Program-made: the position numbers and the translations under genes
In this document: positions 1 to 11,744 of the stretch, piece after piece
Layout of the letters: every line of letters begins with the position of its first letter
Numbering within the stretch: position 1 is the stretch's first letter
From: Octopus sinensis
Lineage: Eukaryota
Assembly (NCBI RefSeq): GCF_006345805.1
Contig: NW_021836129.1
Coordinates: 62,001 to 126,000, forward strand
Direction: 5' to 3'
DNA length: 64,000 nt
The notes under the pieces: model-generated
Databases searched by the model: none
Seen by the model: the letters and a program-made list of their open reading frames with translations, nothing else
What the model was told of the DNA's origin: nothing

Positions 1-357
1 AAAAAATACAAAATCCCTTTCGACAAAGAAAACTGATCGTTGAACATTCAATTAATGGAAAATCTAATAAAGAAATTATCTAAATATGCCTCAATCCTCA
101 TAAGTCGAATACTTTTCTTGAGAAAATCCAGAGATATTGAGAGCAAATCTCGTGGTGATAATTATTCTTACAAATTGAATGATTAACATAAGCAATATAT
201 TTTTGGTTTGGCCAATGATAATCTATCATTGACACTATTAAAGTTAAAAAACATGGTTTTTTCTAAATTTCGGATAAATATTAGTCCGGATGCTATTAAC
301 CAATGTCTTAAAAATTTTCCCTACATGCATCAACACTAATGCTTGATGAGTCAAGAC
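1..357 (+). mobile_element. Degenerate IS630/Tc1-like transposase N-terminal (HTH) remnant
   Basis: Frameshifted pieces read KLIVEHSINGKSNKEI and SRGDNYSYKLND*HKQYIFGLANDNLSLTLLKLKNMVFSKFRINISPDAINQCLKNF, resembling Tc1-type paired HTH regions. Interrupted by the hAT terminus at 358. Confidence 0.4.
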
Positions 358-1600
358 CAGGGGTTCTCAACTTTTTTAGCTCATGGGCCAAATCGATAAT
401 TAAGAATATCTTTACGGGCCGCACAAAAAATATTTTATGTTATTAATGAAAAGAAGGCTTTATTAAGTAATAAAAATCAATGCGAGACTTGATTCTGTTT
501 GGCGTCTATTATTTTGTCAAAACAGGGAGTAAAAGTCGAACACGATGTGCGTAAAAGTTGATTTAGGTGTCCATCAGTCAATCGATTTCGATACTTTGTT
601 TTTATTTGCGTAAGTTTGGTGAAAAGAGCTTCACATGTATACGTTGATCCGAAGACTGATGCATTTTTTTGAGCATTATCGACCAAGTTCGGATATTTCC
701 ACTGTGGAATTCGACCCCAAAAATCCAATAGTTCACTTGACTTAAATAGCGCGGTAAGTTGTAAATCTGCCTGCATTTCAATTAGTTCCAGTTGATATAT
801 GTATGGAGCGGTTGCAGCATCTGCTTCCATAGGTGACAAAAATATTTTCATAATAGGTAAAGCTTCTTTAAAATCATTAAAACGTGTTTCGAATTCATCG
901 ATTAAGTCACTAATAACGCAGATATATTTTTGTAGGATCCATCTTCCCTGTGATTTGAAAGTATTGGGAAATGAATGGTAACTCTACTTTCAATTTGTAT
1001 ATTCCAAAGGTGTAGTTTTTCGATAAATGCAGAAACCATTCCGTACAATTCATGACATAGTTTGCCCTTACCCTGCAAAGAAGTATTCAAAATTGAAAGG
1101 TGCGTAGAAATATCTACCATAAATGCTAAATCTGCAATCCACTCCTTATCAGTAAGCTGAGGATAAAATATCTTATTGTCAATAAAATGCATAATCTCCG
1201 GGAGAAGGTCATAAAATCTAAATGCGATTTAGTTTAAATTTATATAACCTTTTTAGACATGCTGCCCGACTCAACCATCGTACAGTTGTATGCATAAGCA
1301 AATCTCCATACTTGGCGTCAACATCCTCGAGAAATATCTTGAAATTCCGATGATTTAAAGCACGGGATCGAATAAAATTTACGATCGAAATGACCGTTTC
1401 TGTAACATGGTCCATTTTCATAGATTTCGCGGATAAATTTTCTTGATGCAGGATGCAGTGATGCCAAATCACAGGACTCAACTCATCATCTACTCGCCAT
1501 CCAGCTACGAGACCTTGAAACCCAGTTTTCCATCCAACCATAGAAGGACATCCATCTGTAGCAATTGAAAACATTTTTAAAGGATTCAAATGTGCCATTT
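358..1600 (-). mobile_element. hAT (SPIN/Charlie/GTF2IRD2-like) transposon, 3' half, frameshifted
   Basis: Terminus CAGGGGTTCTCAAC at 358, preceded by GTCAAGAC (Charlie-type target). ORFs 1218-1598 (TDG, HCILHQE, VRWLS), 902-1192 and 477-851 (FGSTYTCEALF dimerisation motif). Confidence 0.9.
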
Positions 1601-1629
1601 CAAGACAATCGCGAAATTCGCGAAATATA

Positions 1630-2200
1630 TATATACATCAATTTTGTATCTAAGGATGTGGAAATTCCAGCATTTTTCCTATGGCTCAACAAACTTGTTT
1701 TTTGGAGACAAAATCGTCTTTTTAGTGGCAGGTTTACAGAAAAGGATCCTTGTTGAACAATTTCTTTTTGCCCTTACAATTGACGAGCTGAAATAATACA
1801 GATTGATGACATTAAATGTTATTTATTTTATTTTTTAAATGTTTTTAATTTATCGAATTAACTACAATAAATTATTACGCACGTTATATTATTTTCTTTT
1901 GTTGTGAATGTATGCAGTTAATTCTTATTTTATTTTTTCGTGCTTTTATGTTTTAATTTTATAATTTTTTGTTTTTTTATTTGTTTGACTATTAATTAAA
2001 TTGATTGCTGGTAAAATATCTTGCATAAAGTATATTTTGCAAGTGAATTTGTATTCATTTTATCATTTAATTAATATGCACTCATACAAACTTTTTTCAA
2101 TTTACTTCTTTCTAGTATTTTATTGTTTATTTTGATTTTTCTATTATTTTGATTTTTTTTACTATTCTGATTTTTTCTAATATTTTGATCTGTTTCTAGT
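1630..2200. repeat. Dispersed ~550-bp AT-rich repeat X, copy 1 (other copies ~12,302-12,838 and ~30,072-30,605)
   Basis: Near-identical blocks begin caattttg(t/c)atctaaggatgtggaaatt. No intact ORF. It may be a pogo 5' region (EFP-LDAKL remnant on the minus strand), but this is weak. Confidence 0.8.
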
Positions 2201-2359
2201 ATTTTTTAATTATTTAAACTTCTCCTTCTGGTCGCTATATTCTCTATTCGCAAAGTGATGCAGGTAGGCAAGCTCGCCTCTTTATTTTCGAGGTACTGAC
2301 AGCCATTGGCGATGTTGAAGACACACTTATTTGGTGATAAATCTCTTTATCTCCAGAGA

Positions 2360-3190
2360 CCTTTATTAAAAAAGAAACTAATTAACTAAGTAATTTTACT
2401 AACTAAGTCCAGAGCCTTCGAAGTGAGCAGAAGGTGGCACTCCCCGCACCTCCTCCCCTTCTTCCTCCTCTTCTGTGGCACTGTAGACCTTCGAGAAGGT
2501 GCAGTCCAGCGCTTCTCGCTGACTAAACGTCTGGAAAGGGCTGGATCGGCGAGCATCAAACGAGACACTTTCCAGAGTCCTCTTAAGAACAGTTGACTGT
2601 ATATAAGCCTGTAGAGACTTATCTACATTCAACTGTCTTAATTACCGCTTGTGGTATTTGGTGACCAGTCCATCCCATGTCATCACACACGGGATGACAT
2701 GGACTTTGCACTGGTGCATCAGTCCTAGTTCGTTTGCAAGGAGGTCATACTTCCTCCTTTTCTCCACTTCCACTATCTGCAAACGGTCTGGGCACGTGAT
2801 GCCCACCTCCACGATAACAATCTCCCCGGCGACCTTATCGTGGACCACAATGTCGGGTCTGTTGTGCTGGACAACAATCGAGGTGCGTGTGGGGGTATCC
2901 ACCTTAATGCACACCCGCGAGTTCTCACACACCGATTGAACTCGATGGGTTCGCAACTTTCTGGACCGCCTAAAGCCATACTTATTGCAGAGCAGAAGAT
3001 TGAGGGACCTCACCACCTCGTTATGCCTCCATGTGTAATCATGGTAAAGCATACTCCCGCACTTCGTGGCTAAATGGTCAACGGTCATTGCCTTACTCTT
3101 ACAGTGGTTACACTGTTTCCGTTGACCATTAAAAAGTTAGTTTCTTCTTGTTCAGGTAGAGCACACATCGAGATAGTAGCACGTTGCATA
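2360..3190 (-). mobile_element. R4/Dong-like (R2 superfamily) non-LTR retrotransposon, C-terminal zinc finger + restriction-like endonuclease
   Basis: CNHCKSKAMTVDHLATKC...YTWRHNEV zinc knuckle, then RPDIVVHD...EVGIT...EKRRKY (PD-(D/E)xK). Frameshift near 2,635-2,642 into ORF 2399-2632. Confidence 0.85.
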
Positions 3191-3950
3191 ACAGACTATA
3201 TAAATCTCTTTATAAAGTAAATTTCTTTATAAAGAAATTATATACTCCATCACACCCAGCTGCTCTCCAGTTTGGTGATACATTAATCACATCGATAATG
3301 AATTCTTTAGTGAAATCTGCATGTGTGGCTTCAGCACCAGTAGATCTGTTATTTAACGTAAATGTTTCTTCATTCCTTTCACGTTCTTTCCATACTTCTT
3401 TCCAAAAAGATAAACAATCATCCTCGTCAAATTCGAATTTAACATTTTTCTTATCCCCACTCAAATTTCTGTAAAAATATCTTCTGTTAAGTTCAAAACA
3501 CCAATTTTGTTTTCTGAACTCCTTTCTTGACTCGTGGATTCTGAGTTTTTTTCAAAATTTTTATTTCATCCTGAATGTAAGACGAAATTCTTTCAAATTC
3601 TCCCTTCTTAGACTTTTTGTATCTGTACTCAAGAGTTTCTCTAATCTCATCATCAAATTTCTGGTATTTTTCTGTAAGTCGAATGAATTAATTTGATCCA
3701 ACTTCGTATTCAGATTAATCAGTTTTTCATTAATGCGCTCACTCCAGTTGCTTTTTCTTCGAGTCGACATTGTCAGGTATTCATAAGTTAATTGCCCCAC
3801 ATATACAAAATCTGTAATGTCATCTAAATTTTTTGGATAATTGGATTTGGAAAATTCCCAGATTGCTGAATTAATCCCATTAAAAATTTCATTCTTTAGT
3901 AACTGATAAGGCGCTTTTCTTGTTGGCTTTCGTAAATCACGTGGGATTGA
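3190..3950 (-). mobile_element. R4/Dong-like retrotransposon N-terminal region and RT start (AT-rich family)
   Basis: ORFs 3561-4007 (part) and 3210-3464 with FWKEVW...PNWRAAGCDGVYNFFIKK, the motif preceding the RT in R4-clade elements. The RT core is absent. Confidence 0.75.
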
Positions 3951-3952
3951 TT

Positions 3953-4177
3953 TTACTTTCTCAGAATCGAAAATGATCGTTCTACTGCGCACGATGTTGC
4001 CTGACATTCAATCAACAAAGAATAATCTAAAGGAGAAATGGAATGATCATCGAAATTCATAATTTTTGTGATATCATTGGAATTCATCCTTTTGATAATA
4101 TAATTTTTTATTCCACACACGTCTTCTTTAAAATCCAATGTTTTCAAATAATCGAATGGTTTTTTATAGTAAAATTG
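3953..4177 (-). mobile_element. hAT-like transposase C-terminal fragment (family G)
   Basis: CQATSCAVERSFSILRK matches CQPSSAPIERCFSQFRS in ORF 6898-7086 (hAT dimerisation ERxFS motif). Confidence 0.7.
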
Positions 4178-5995
4178 GTCGATTGGCCCCGAACAATGGC
4201 CAGACCGATGCGCTGGCGGAACCAGAGGCCCTCTCTCGTGTCCTTGACTTTTCTCCCAATGGACTGCCCGACCTCGTTGAGGAACGAGTCAGTCTCTTTC
4301 CCGCAGCTCCAGCGGTCTCCAGGGTGATTGCCGTAACGCGGTAGCGGTCCGCGAGCGAAGAATATTTTTGTATTTTGATCCTTTCGGCGTGGTTTGCAGC
4401 CGAACAAGGGTTTGCGGCGGAAGAATGGATCCTCGATTTTGAAAAGGTACCACAACGGTAACATCCCATACGAGGGCCTTCCCCGACGAGTTGTTGTTGT
4501 TGTTGCATAACCCCGGTCTCACATTAGGGTATGAGACCGGCGGCTAGCAGAAACAACAGCGCCTTCGCGGGTTGCTCCCAAAGGACCTCGGGGGAGTGGA
4601 CAGCAAATTTCCTGCGGACAGGGAGGAGAACAGGGCAGCGGAAAAGGTGATCAGTTGAGTGATCTTCGGCACAGCAGAGGTTGCATACCGGGGAGATCAC
4701 GACGTTCAATGAGTGAGCGTAGGAGTTTAGTGAGTGGTGGTGGCCCGAGCGGAAACGAGCAAGGTTGATCTGAGCGGAACGCTCCAGAAGCATTTCGGAG
4801 GGGTGAACTTCCGGAGGAAGTTTGTTGAGGACAGAGTTAGGCTTCAGCCTTAGAATGGACGACGTTGAAATGAAGTCGTGGATTTTTTTCTTTGGCTGTG
4901 AACATTGGTTTAGGCCATTGATTTTGGCAAGTACCCGGGAGTATAGTTTGGCAGGCGTGTTCTTCAATGCACGGCCGTTGTCATTTAGCGTGTTTAGGGC
5001 AGTGCAAGGGTGGTAGAGTTTTCGCGAAGCGAATAGGAATTGTGCTCCTCTCATGTTTAGATGTTCCTCTATCGGGAGGAGGTTGGTTTCACAGTGCAGA
5101 TGGTCGATGGGTGTTGATTTCAGGCACCCGGATATGATGCGCATGGCTTTGTTTTGAATTGATTGGAGAGCCACAGAGGAGCTCATAGAAAGACAGGGAG
5201 CCCAACTCGGACTCGCGTAGCTTAGGACAGGGCGAATGTATTGTTTATACACACGTTTGAGAAGTGGTTTCTGCGCACCAGTGATGCGACCACTTATTGC
5301 GTTCAAAATATTTGTACGCCTGTTAGCCTTGTCAGAGATCTTCGAGACATGTTTATTGAAGGACATCGTTAGGTCGAAGGTTAGTCCGAGAACAGTGGGG
5401 TGTTTTGATAGTGGGAGAACAGAGCCAAAGAGAGATAGGTTGGGATGTATGTTTGATTGTCTTCTGTCGGAAGATAATAGGGTGACCGAGGACTTGGAGG
5501 ACGAGGCCTCGAGCCTGTTTTCTCTGAGCCAATTCTCAACGGAGTGGAGTTGTTGCTGAAGGTTGAAGGAGGCAGCTTTGTAGTCTTCGTGTTTTGAGGC
5601 AATAATAATGTCGTCAGCGTCCCCGACGAGTAAGGGAATATTGTCATCCCGTCAGGCCTTTTGCCATCTCCCCGATCGAGTCCGACCGGTTCGAGGAGGC
5701 ACGAATGGCCCGCTGATTTGAGATTAGCTTTCAAGATTTCATTGAGGCCTTGTGTCTGTGTTCCCTGCCTGCGCTCCTCTTGCAGGAAAGTGGGTGCAGT
5801 CCCTTTTTGTAAACGTCCTCACCGAATCTGCAGCGGTGTTTTGCGCAAACATCCAGATCGAGACGGCATCGTCTAGTCACGTCCCGATGCTGGAAAGAGT
5901 AAGAGCGGAGAGACAGCAAGTCGAGCTGCCTCATCGATTGTCATCGCGAAGAGGAGTGGCCCTAGCGGATCACCCTATTGCACGCCGGTCTCCGA
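4178..5995 (-). mobile_element. CRE-like non-LTR retrotransposon remnant (REL endonuclease), internally deleted and split by a LINE insertion
   Basis: RSETGVQ*GDPLGPLLF (RT) near 5,990, then HPLSCKRSAG and [25 protein letters not shown] (to 5,620). Resumes as SSGKALVWDVT...ETAGAAG...RQRIGLAIVRG below 4,491. Confidence 0.85.
4492..5619 (-). mobile_element. 5'-truncated I-group (Ingi/Vingi-like) LINE with (CAA)n tail and 12-bp TSD
   Basis: ORF 4524-5366 has RT C-terminus YKQYIRPVLSYASPSW, QSIQNKAMRIISG and ARFRSGH...CNLC...DHLFRCP. (CAA)n tail at ~4,491-4,505. TSD TCCCCGACGAGT at 4,480-4,491 and 5,620-5,631. Confidence 0.9.
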
Positions 5996-6570
5996 ACGGA
6001 TGATCTCAGAGTAACATTTTTCCATCCAAATTCCATCCAAAATACGTAAACAAAGACCGTCTTTTAAATTCAGCTTCTTGTGTGAATCGACAGGATCAGT
6101 TTCATTGGCAATTTTCTCTAACATCGCATCAAATTTAATTTTGTTAAAGTTCGCTTTAAATGAGCGGATGATTCCCTGATCCATGGGTTGTAAAATTGTG
6201 GTCGTTTTTGCAGGAAGGTATAGCAGTTCAATTGATACTAAATTCGAGTAAATTTCATGTGAAGGGCATCGATCCACAACAACCAGAATTTTTTTTTGAA
6301 GATCACGATCCCATGAAAGAAGCCATTCGTTGGAAATTTTGCTAGTCATCCACGACCTTTCAGAATGTCTATAATCAATATATTTTTCCACATTAAAATT
6401 CTTAAAGCATCCAGGTTTCTTAAATTTTCCAATCATCAATGGACTTTTTTTATCTGTCCCCGTCATATTTGCACACAGCAACAAAGAAAATCTAAAATAT
6501 AAGAAATACAATAAACCGGTCTTTTAGCATTTTTTGCCCGGGGCGATTTTTCTGACAAACACTTTTTGAA
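5996..6570 (-). mobile_element. pogo/Tigger DDE_1 transposase fragment with a 25-nt intron
   Basis: LLLCANMTGTDK, VVVDRCPSH and TTTILQPMDQGIIRSFK. Removing GT-AG intron 6,492-6,516 joins PSKSVCQKNRPGQKMLKDR to FSLLLCAN in frame. Confidence 0.9.
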
Positions 6571-6726
6571 GGAATCCATTTCTTCCAAAGTCACACACTC
6601 ATCACTTAAATTATCAAAGACATAAGATATATGTATAACCATGGATTATTGAATTTATTCCCTTTATTTCTCGATATCTTTTAAAAGGACTTTCGTTAGA
6701 AACTGAATGGACAGATATGTTATAAC

Positions 6727-7900
6727 TAGGGCCAACATTTTTGTAACCTTAAAAATTGAAAAATTTAACCTTAAAAAGTTAACTTTATTAACCTATAAAC
6801 CAAAATTTTTAACCTTAAAATTAAAAAAATTTAACTTTATTTATTCTCAGGTAAAACCTGTAAAGTATAAATAAGAAACAATAAAATACTTTAAAGACTA
6901 TTTATTGAAAATGGACATAACATAATTTTCCGAATTTTGTGTAGAAAAGTTTCTGTTTGACCTCATAAAACTCCTAAATTGCGAAAAGCATCGTTCGATA
7001 GGTGCCGAGGATGGTTGACAGTTTTGAAGTAACGAATAATCTTCCGGAGAGATATTTTTATTATCCATATTAATAATTTTAGTCATATCGCTCTCTAAAA
7101 TTCTCTTCTCTAAATATTTTTTGATCCCTGCTTCATCCTACCCGAAGTCAAGTGTACTTAACGTTGAATATGCAAATTCTATTGTACATTTGTTACTATC
7201 AAGTTGTAATATTTTCTCTATGAGATTAATTACTATATGAAAAACCTGGAATATGTGAATAGTTATGCGAAATTGCACATAAGCGTTTTACTAGCTTTTC
7301 AATTTTCAATGCATTTTTGGTGGCAGTCACTAGTATTCCTTTGTCCTCAATCAAATCAAAAATGTTAATCACTGAGATTAAATTTCTTGAATAAAAAGAT
7401 GCAGCCTTTAACCAGGTGCCCCATCTCGTCAACACAACTTTCGGAGGAATTCCAATTTCGTAAAACAACAATTTTCGCTTGTGGTTCTTCCTGACAGAAG
7501 CTTGCACGCTAGCTATCACATCATCAACTTCTGATAAGATTTTCTGACCTCCATTGAACAATTATGCAAAATATGGGTGACGCAATTAACATGAAAAAGA
7601 TTGGGATATAAATTTTTTAAAATTTTCCCGGCTAAATCATCAATTAATTAAAACAATACCGGATGTCATATACCGTGCAGCATCGGAAATGAGAAGCATA
7701 AAATTATCCCGTTCAACCATAAGGTTTCGAATGGAATCATCAACGATCTGTGCTATGATATTTTTTGTTGGCGCGGATTCGATTGGCTTGAATGAGACCA
7801 AATAAGTAATTGTAGGGAGTTTTATTGATCCCATCAAAACGGCGACATAACGTTTGTTTCGAATTTGAGTTTCATCGGTTATTGTTCTCTAGAAAATAAA
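6727..7900 (-). mobile_element. hAT-like transposon (family G), 3' part
   Basis: Terminus TAGGGCCAACA at 6,727 with subterminal AACCTTAAAA repeats. ORFs 7640-7837 (LLISDAARYM), 7226-7561 (VVLTRWGTWL) and 6898-7086 (IERCFS). Confidence 0.8.
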
Positions 7901-7980
7901 CATTGATGGAAAACTTGAATTTGTCCTAAATGATCCTATGTATTCATTTGCAATATATTTTGCACATTTAAACAAAATCG

Positions 7981-8949
7981 TTAGTCAACTTTTGTAATTC
8001 TTGATATATGTACGTTAGTTTTTTCACCATTCTCATCTTCGATCAAGTACATGTCATTTTGTTGATCTACCACAACATATTTGTTGTTTGATAATCCATC
8101 GTATAATGGGAACCTTCGAATATTGGCATCATTGTCTTGTCTTGGAAATATATTAAAAAATTAATACCTTAGTAATACTGTAGCTTTGACTTTTATGGAA
8201 TCTTCATCATATTTCCATCTTCTCCCGTCTATCATTTCGTATCATCTTCTCCCGTCGAAGATATCCAACGTTTTATGCTTTGGTTGAACCTTAAAAAATT
8301 AAAACCATCAGGCAACCTCTCTACTTGCCCTTGTATCCAGGGCGCTCGTGCTTTACCACGCACATGCTTGATCGAATATTTTTCACAGACTTCGTCAATT
8401 AACGAATTACAGAATTCTTTTCCATTGTCTGTTTGGAGGATGATTGGTGGTCCGATGTAATAAAAAATATTTTGGAATAGGTTAGCTATTTCTACCGCAG
8501 ATTTCGACTTTGATAATTCGAAAACTACATATTTCGAGAAGGAATCAACGATTACAAGAATCTTTATATTAAATATCTCATCTCAAATACCCAAGAGAAT
8601 TTATCGTTAATTTCAGGATATCTGCGAAGATCAATGAGATCTGCTATATATCTATCTCTAGGCCTACGACTACCAAAATGATTATAATTATGTTCCGCCT
8701 AATTAATGTTAATTAATCCAATACCTCAATGCATTTAAGCTTCAACTCAATGTCATCCTCTGCGAAAAATCACAATTTGGTTGAATTCTTAATAAAGAAT
8801 ACATTTCCATTTTCAAAGCATATGTTTTTCGCAAGCTGCTTTAGCCTAAATCGTTGTTTTCTGCTGGGACTGTCGTCTAATGTGTTTTCTTCTTGGTTTT
8901 CTCTGATTTTTTTTTCAAGAATTTCTTTGCTGAGCTTCACAATACGCAT
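7981..8949 (-). pseudogene. Ginger/Gypsy-type (rve) integrase gene with four micro-introns, internally deleted
   Basis: ATG at 8,949. After splicing: RYIADLIDLRRY...W|ILVIVDSFSKY, LQTDNGKEF, QGQVER|FNQSIKRW (D,D,E) and C-terminal PLYDG...VHISRITKVD*. Introns 8,699-8,724, 8,562-8,590, 8,290-8,316 and 8,141-8,167. In-frame stops present. Confidence 0.8.
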
Positions 8950-9003
8950 AGTTCCACGCTTTTTTTTATAAATTAAAAAATAGAATATTTCTCTAAAATA
9001 TTT

Positions 9004-9990
9004 AACTAATTGTTAATATTGATGTATAGACACGCTTGAAACAAAACAAATGTTAACAAATAATTACTTATAAGACCCTTCAGCCTTCGGAGTCCACTTT
9101 ACGAGCTCCACTATCTTCCAGATCTATCATCCCAGGGCCCACACTTCCGTCAATTTTAACTCGTTTCGAACCATCCAGAAAAGGAACATGGTAGGCATCC
9201 TCGAAGAGTCGACGCACCGCGATCTCTCGGTCACCGATCCCGTTAGCTTTCTCGTATTTTGAAAGTACCTCCTCAACCCGGGCTTCATAATCTATTTGCG
9301 AAAGATCTCTCCGAAAGTCCAGCACTGTGCTCTCCATCGTACGCTTAAGCACAATTGATTGCATATAAGCAATCAGATGTTCCCTCACTCTGATCGACTC
9401 CAAATATTTTTTTAATATTTAGACACAATGCCATCCCATGTAAGGACAACAGGAATTATATTCGCTTTGGCCTTGTGGATCAGGGATAATTCATTAGCAA
9501 GCAAATCATATTTTCTTAACTTTTCAAGTTCTACTCGCTGTAAATTATCTTAAAAAGTAATTCCCACACCACAATCCAAATTACGTTCTCTTTTTTATCA
9601 TATACCAATAAATCAGGTTTGTTATAACGAACGGTAGAATCAGTCTCGATTCGAGTATCCACCCGTACCTCAACTCTTTCATTCGATATAACCTCCTGCA
9701 CCGAATGTGTCTTCAACCTTTTCTGATTCTTCAATCCATAAAGACGACAAAAATGGAAATGCAAACAGCGTACAACTTCATTATGACGTATCGTGTAGTC
9801 AAGATACAGCATACGTTCACATCTAGTGGTCAGATGATCCACTGTTTTCTTCGCCGCTTTACAATGAGGGCACCTTGAGACCAGTTCTTTGCTGGAAAAG
9901 AAAATATTCCGATCCTGAAGAAAACATGCCAATCCTTCATTGCGCGATGAGTTATTTCCATTTCCAAGCCATATAGATGAGGACTTGTAT
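9004..9990 (-). mobile_element. 5'-truncated R4/Dong-like retrotransposon (copy a)
   Basis: SSIWLGNGNNSSRNEGLACFLQDRN, CPHCK..TVDHL..C, RHNEV, NKPDL. The 3' ORF 9080-9403 is homologous to 2399-2632. Confidence 0.85.
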
Positions 9991-10807
9991 GTAGCCATAT
10001 AGAACAATTCCCGTAGGATCTTTTTCGTCGGAATCCTCACTGCTCCGCTGCAAGTGTACCTGATTCCTCTACGAAGTTCGAAAGCCTTGTGAAGACAATC
10101 CGTTCCATAATTTTAGAGACGGAGCATATTAGGCTTATTGACCGATAGTTCTCTGCATGGTCCTTCATTTTTCCAGGCTTTGGAATCATACGTCATACTT
10201 TTTCCAAGAGTCCGGTACGTCAGTTTGCATTGTATAGTGCGGTCAAATATCGTATGAGAATAATTGGAGCATGTTTGATAACTCAAGTTAGCTCGAAGAC
10301 TTTTCTGTACCTCACATATAAATTCTGGATTAGACATAAACTTCATAAAGTTTGGGATCAATGTTGATTCTTTATACACAAAAATCAATTTTTTGATAGG
10401 GATGAAAAATATCGATACAGTGAACCATTGCAAATTGGCCATTTTTGGTAAATAAAAATTTTAGAGCCAATTTGAAAAAAATCAATAATTAAAAAATAAA
10501 ATAAACACGTTTAATTTAAATAGCTTATCTGGCAACATTGTCCTCGTACAACTGCTAAAAGATAATCAAGTAACCTTGTTAATCAGAATGAGAATTGATG
10601 TTTCAGTATAGAAGCACACTATCTATCTGATTATTTTCCAAAGTTTATTATAATGAGGAGACAATGACAAATAATTTGAAACAGTGTAATTTGAATGCAA
10701 ATAACTAAAATTATAATTTTTTTTTTTTAAATTTTAAGATTTTATTTAATTCCTAAAATAACGTATTATATGACGTGTAGTTTGTCATTACTTTTTGTGG
10801 TTGATGT

Positions 10808-11250
10808 ATTTATATTTTTCTGTGATGAATAGTTTTTACTTGTTATTTATGTTTTTTTTCATTATTACTATGTTTATTGGTTCCTTGATCCTTTAATTTT
10901 ATAATTAATTATTGGTTTGAAGAATCACGTATTTTTAATCATTCTATAAACATTATTAATAATGACTGAAACATTTTAATTGATTTCTCCCATTTTTATA
11001 CATTTTCTATATCTAAAAAATATTTATTTTATATTTTTCTGTGATGAATAGTTTTTACTTGTTATTTATGGTTTTTTTCATTATTTCTATGTTTATTGGT
11101 TCCTTGATCCTTTAATTTTATAATTAATTATTGGTTTGAAGAATCATGTATTTTTAATCATTCTATAAACATTATTAATAATGACTGAAACATTTTAATT
11201 GATTTCTCCTATTTTTATACATTTTCTATATCTAAAAAATATTTATTTTA
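10808..11250. repeat. 219-bp AT-rich tandem repeat, 2 units
   Basis: Anchor tgtgatgaat at 10,821 and 11,040 (period 219). Confidence 0.9.
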
Positions 11251-11280
11251 TAAAATATTCTCATATAATTGCTTGTTTAA

Positions 11281-11700
11281 GAAGAAAGATCTTGATTGTA
11301 CGGGTCCGATCTTCACCGTTAACTCGGTGTCTATAAGTAGTGCTCGAACCATTCTGATCGAGTCATTGTCAAGAATAGTTTTGAGGATCTCCATTAGCTT
11401 GTCTCTGCGGATTGTATCAAATGCCCTGCTCATATCAATGCCCAATATTGTGGTCGCCATTTTAAATTTCTGAGATATGGCACAGATCCATCTATGTCCC
11501 CATACTACATCTGCAGTTGATCGCCCAGGCCTGAATCCACTTTGGCTAGCCGACAGATATTCATTAACAGGGTCCTTAATACGTTCCAGTGTTACGAGCG
11601 AGAAGATTTTCCTTATTGTGTTCAAGAGTATGATTGGGCGAATGTTGTTAAGAGGACCTTGCGGCTTGTTGGGTTTTTGGAGAGGAATTAGCGTTCCTTT
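11281..11700 (-). mobile_element. RTE/Proto2-like non-LTR reverse transcriptase fragment
   Basis: PLQKPNKPQGPLNNIRPIILLNTIRKIFS, QSGFRPGRST, GIDMSRAFDT (RT domains 1-3). Confidence 0.8.
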
Positions 11701-11744
11701 CCAATAGGCGGTAGCGTTCCTTTCCCAATAGGCGGTAGCTTATC

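Noticed and set aside
10808-11250. CRISPR-like array
   Set aside because: These are whole 219-bp units repeated head to tail, with no unique spacers and no cas genes. The DNA is eukaryotic.
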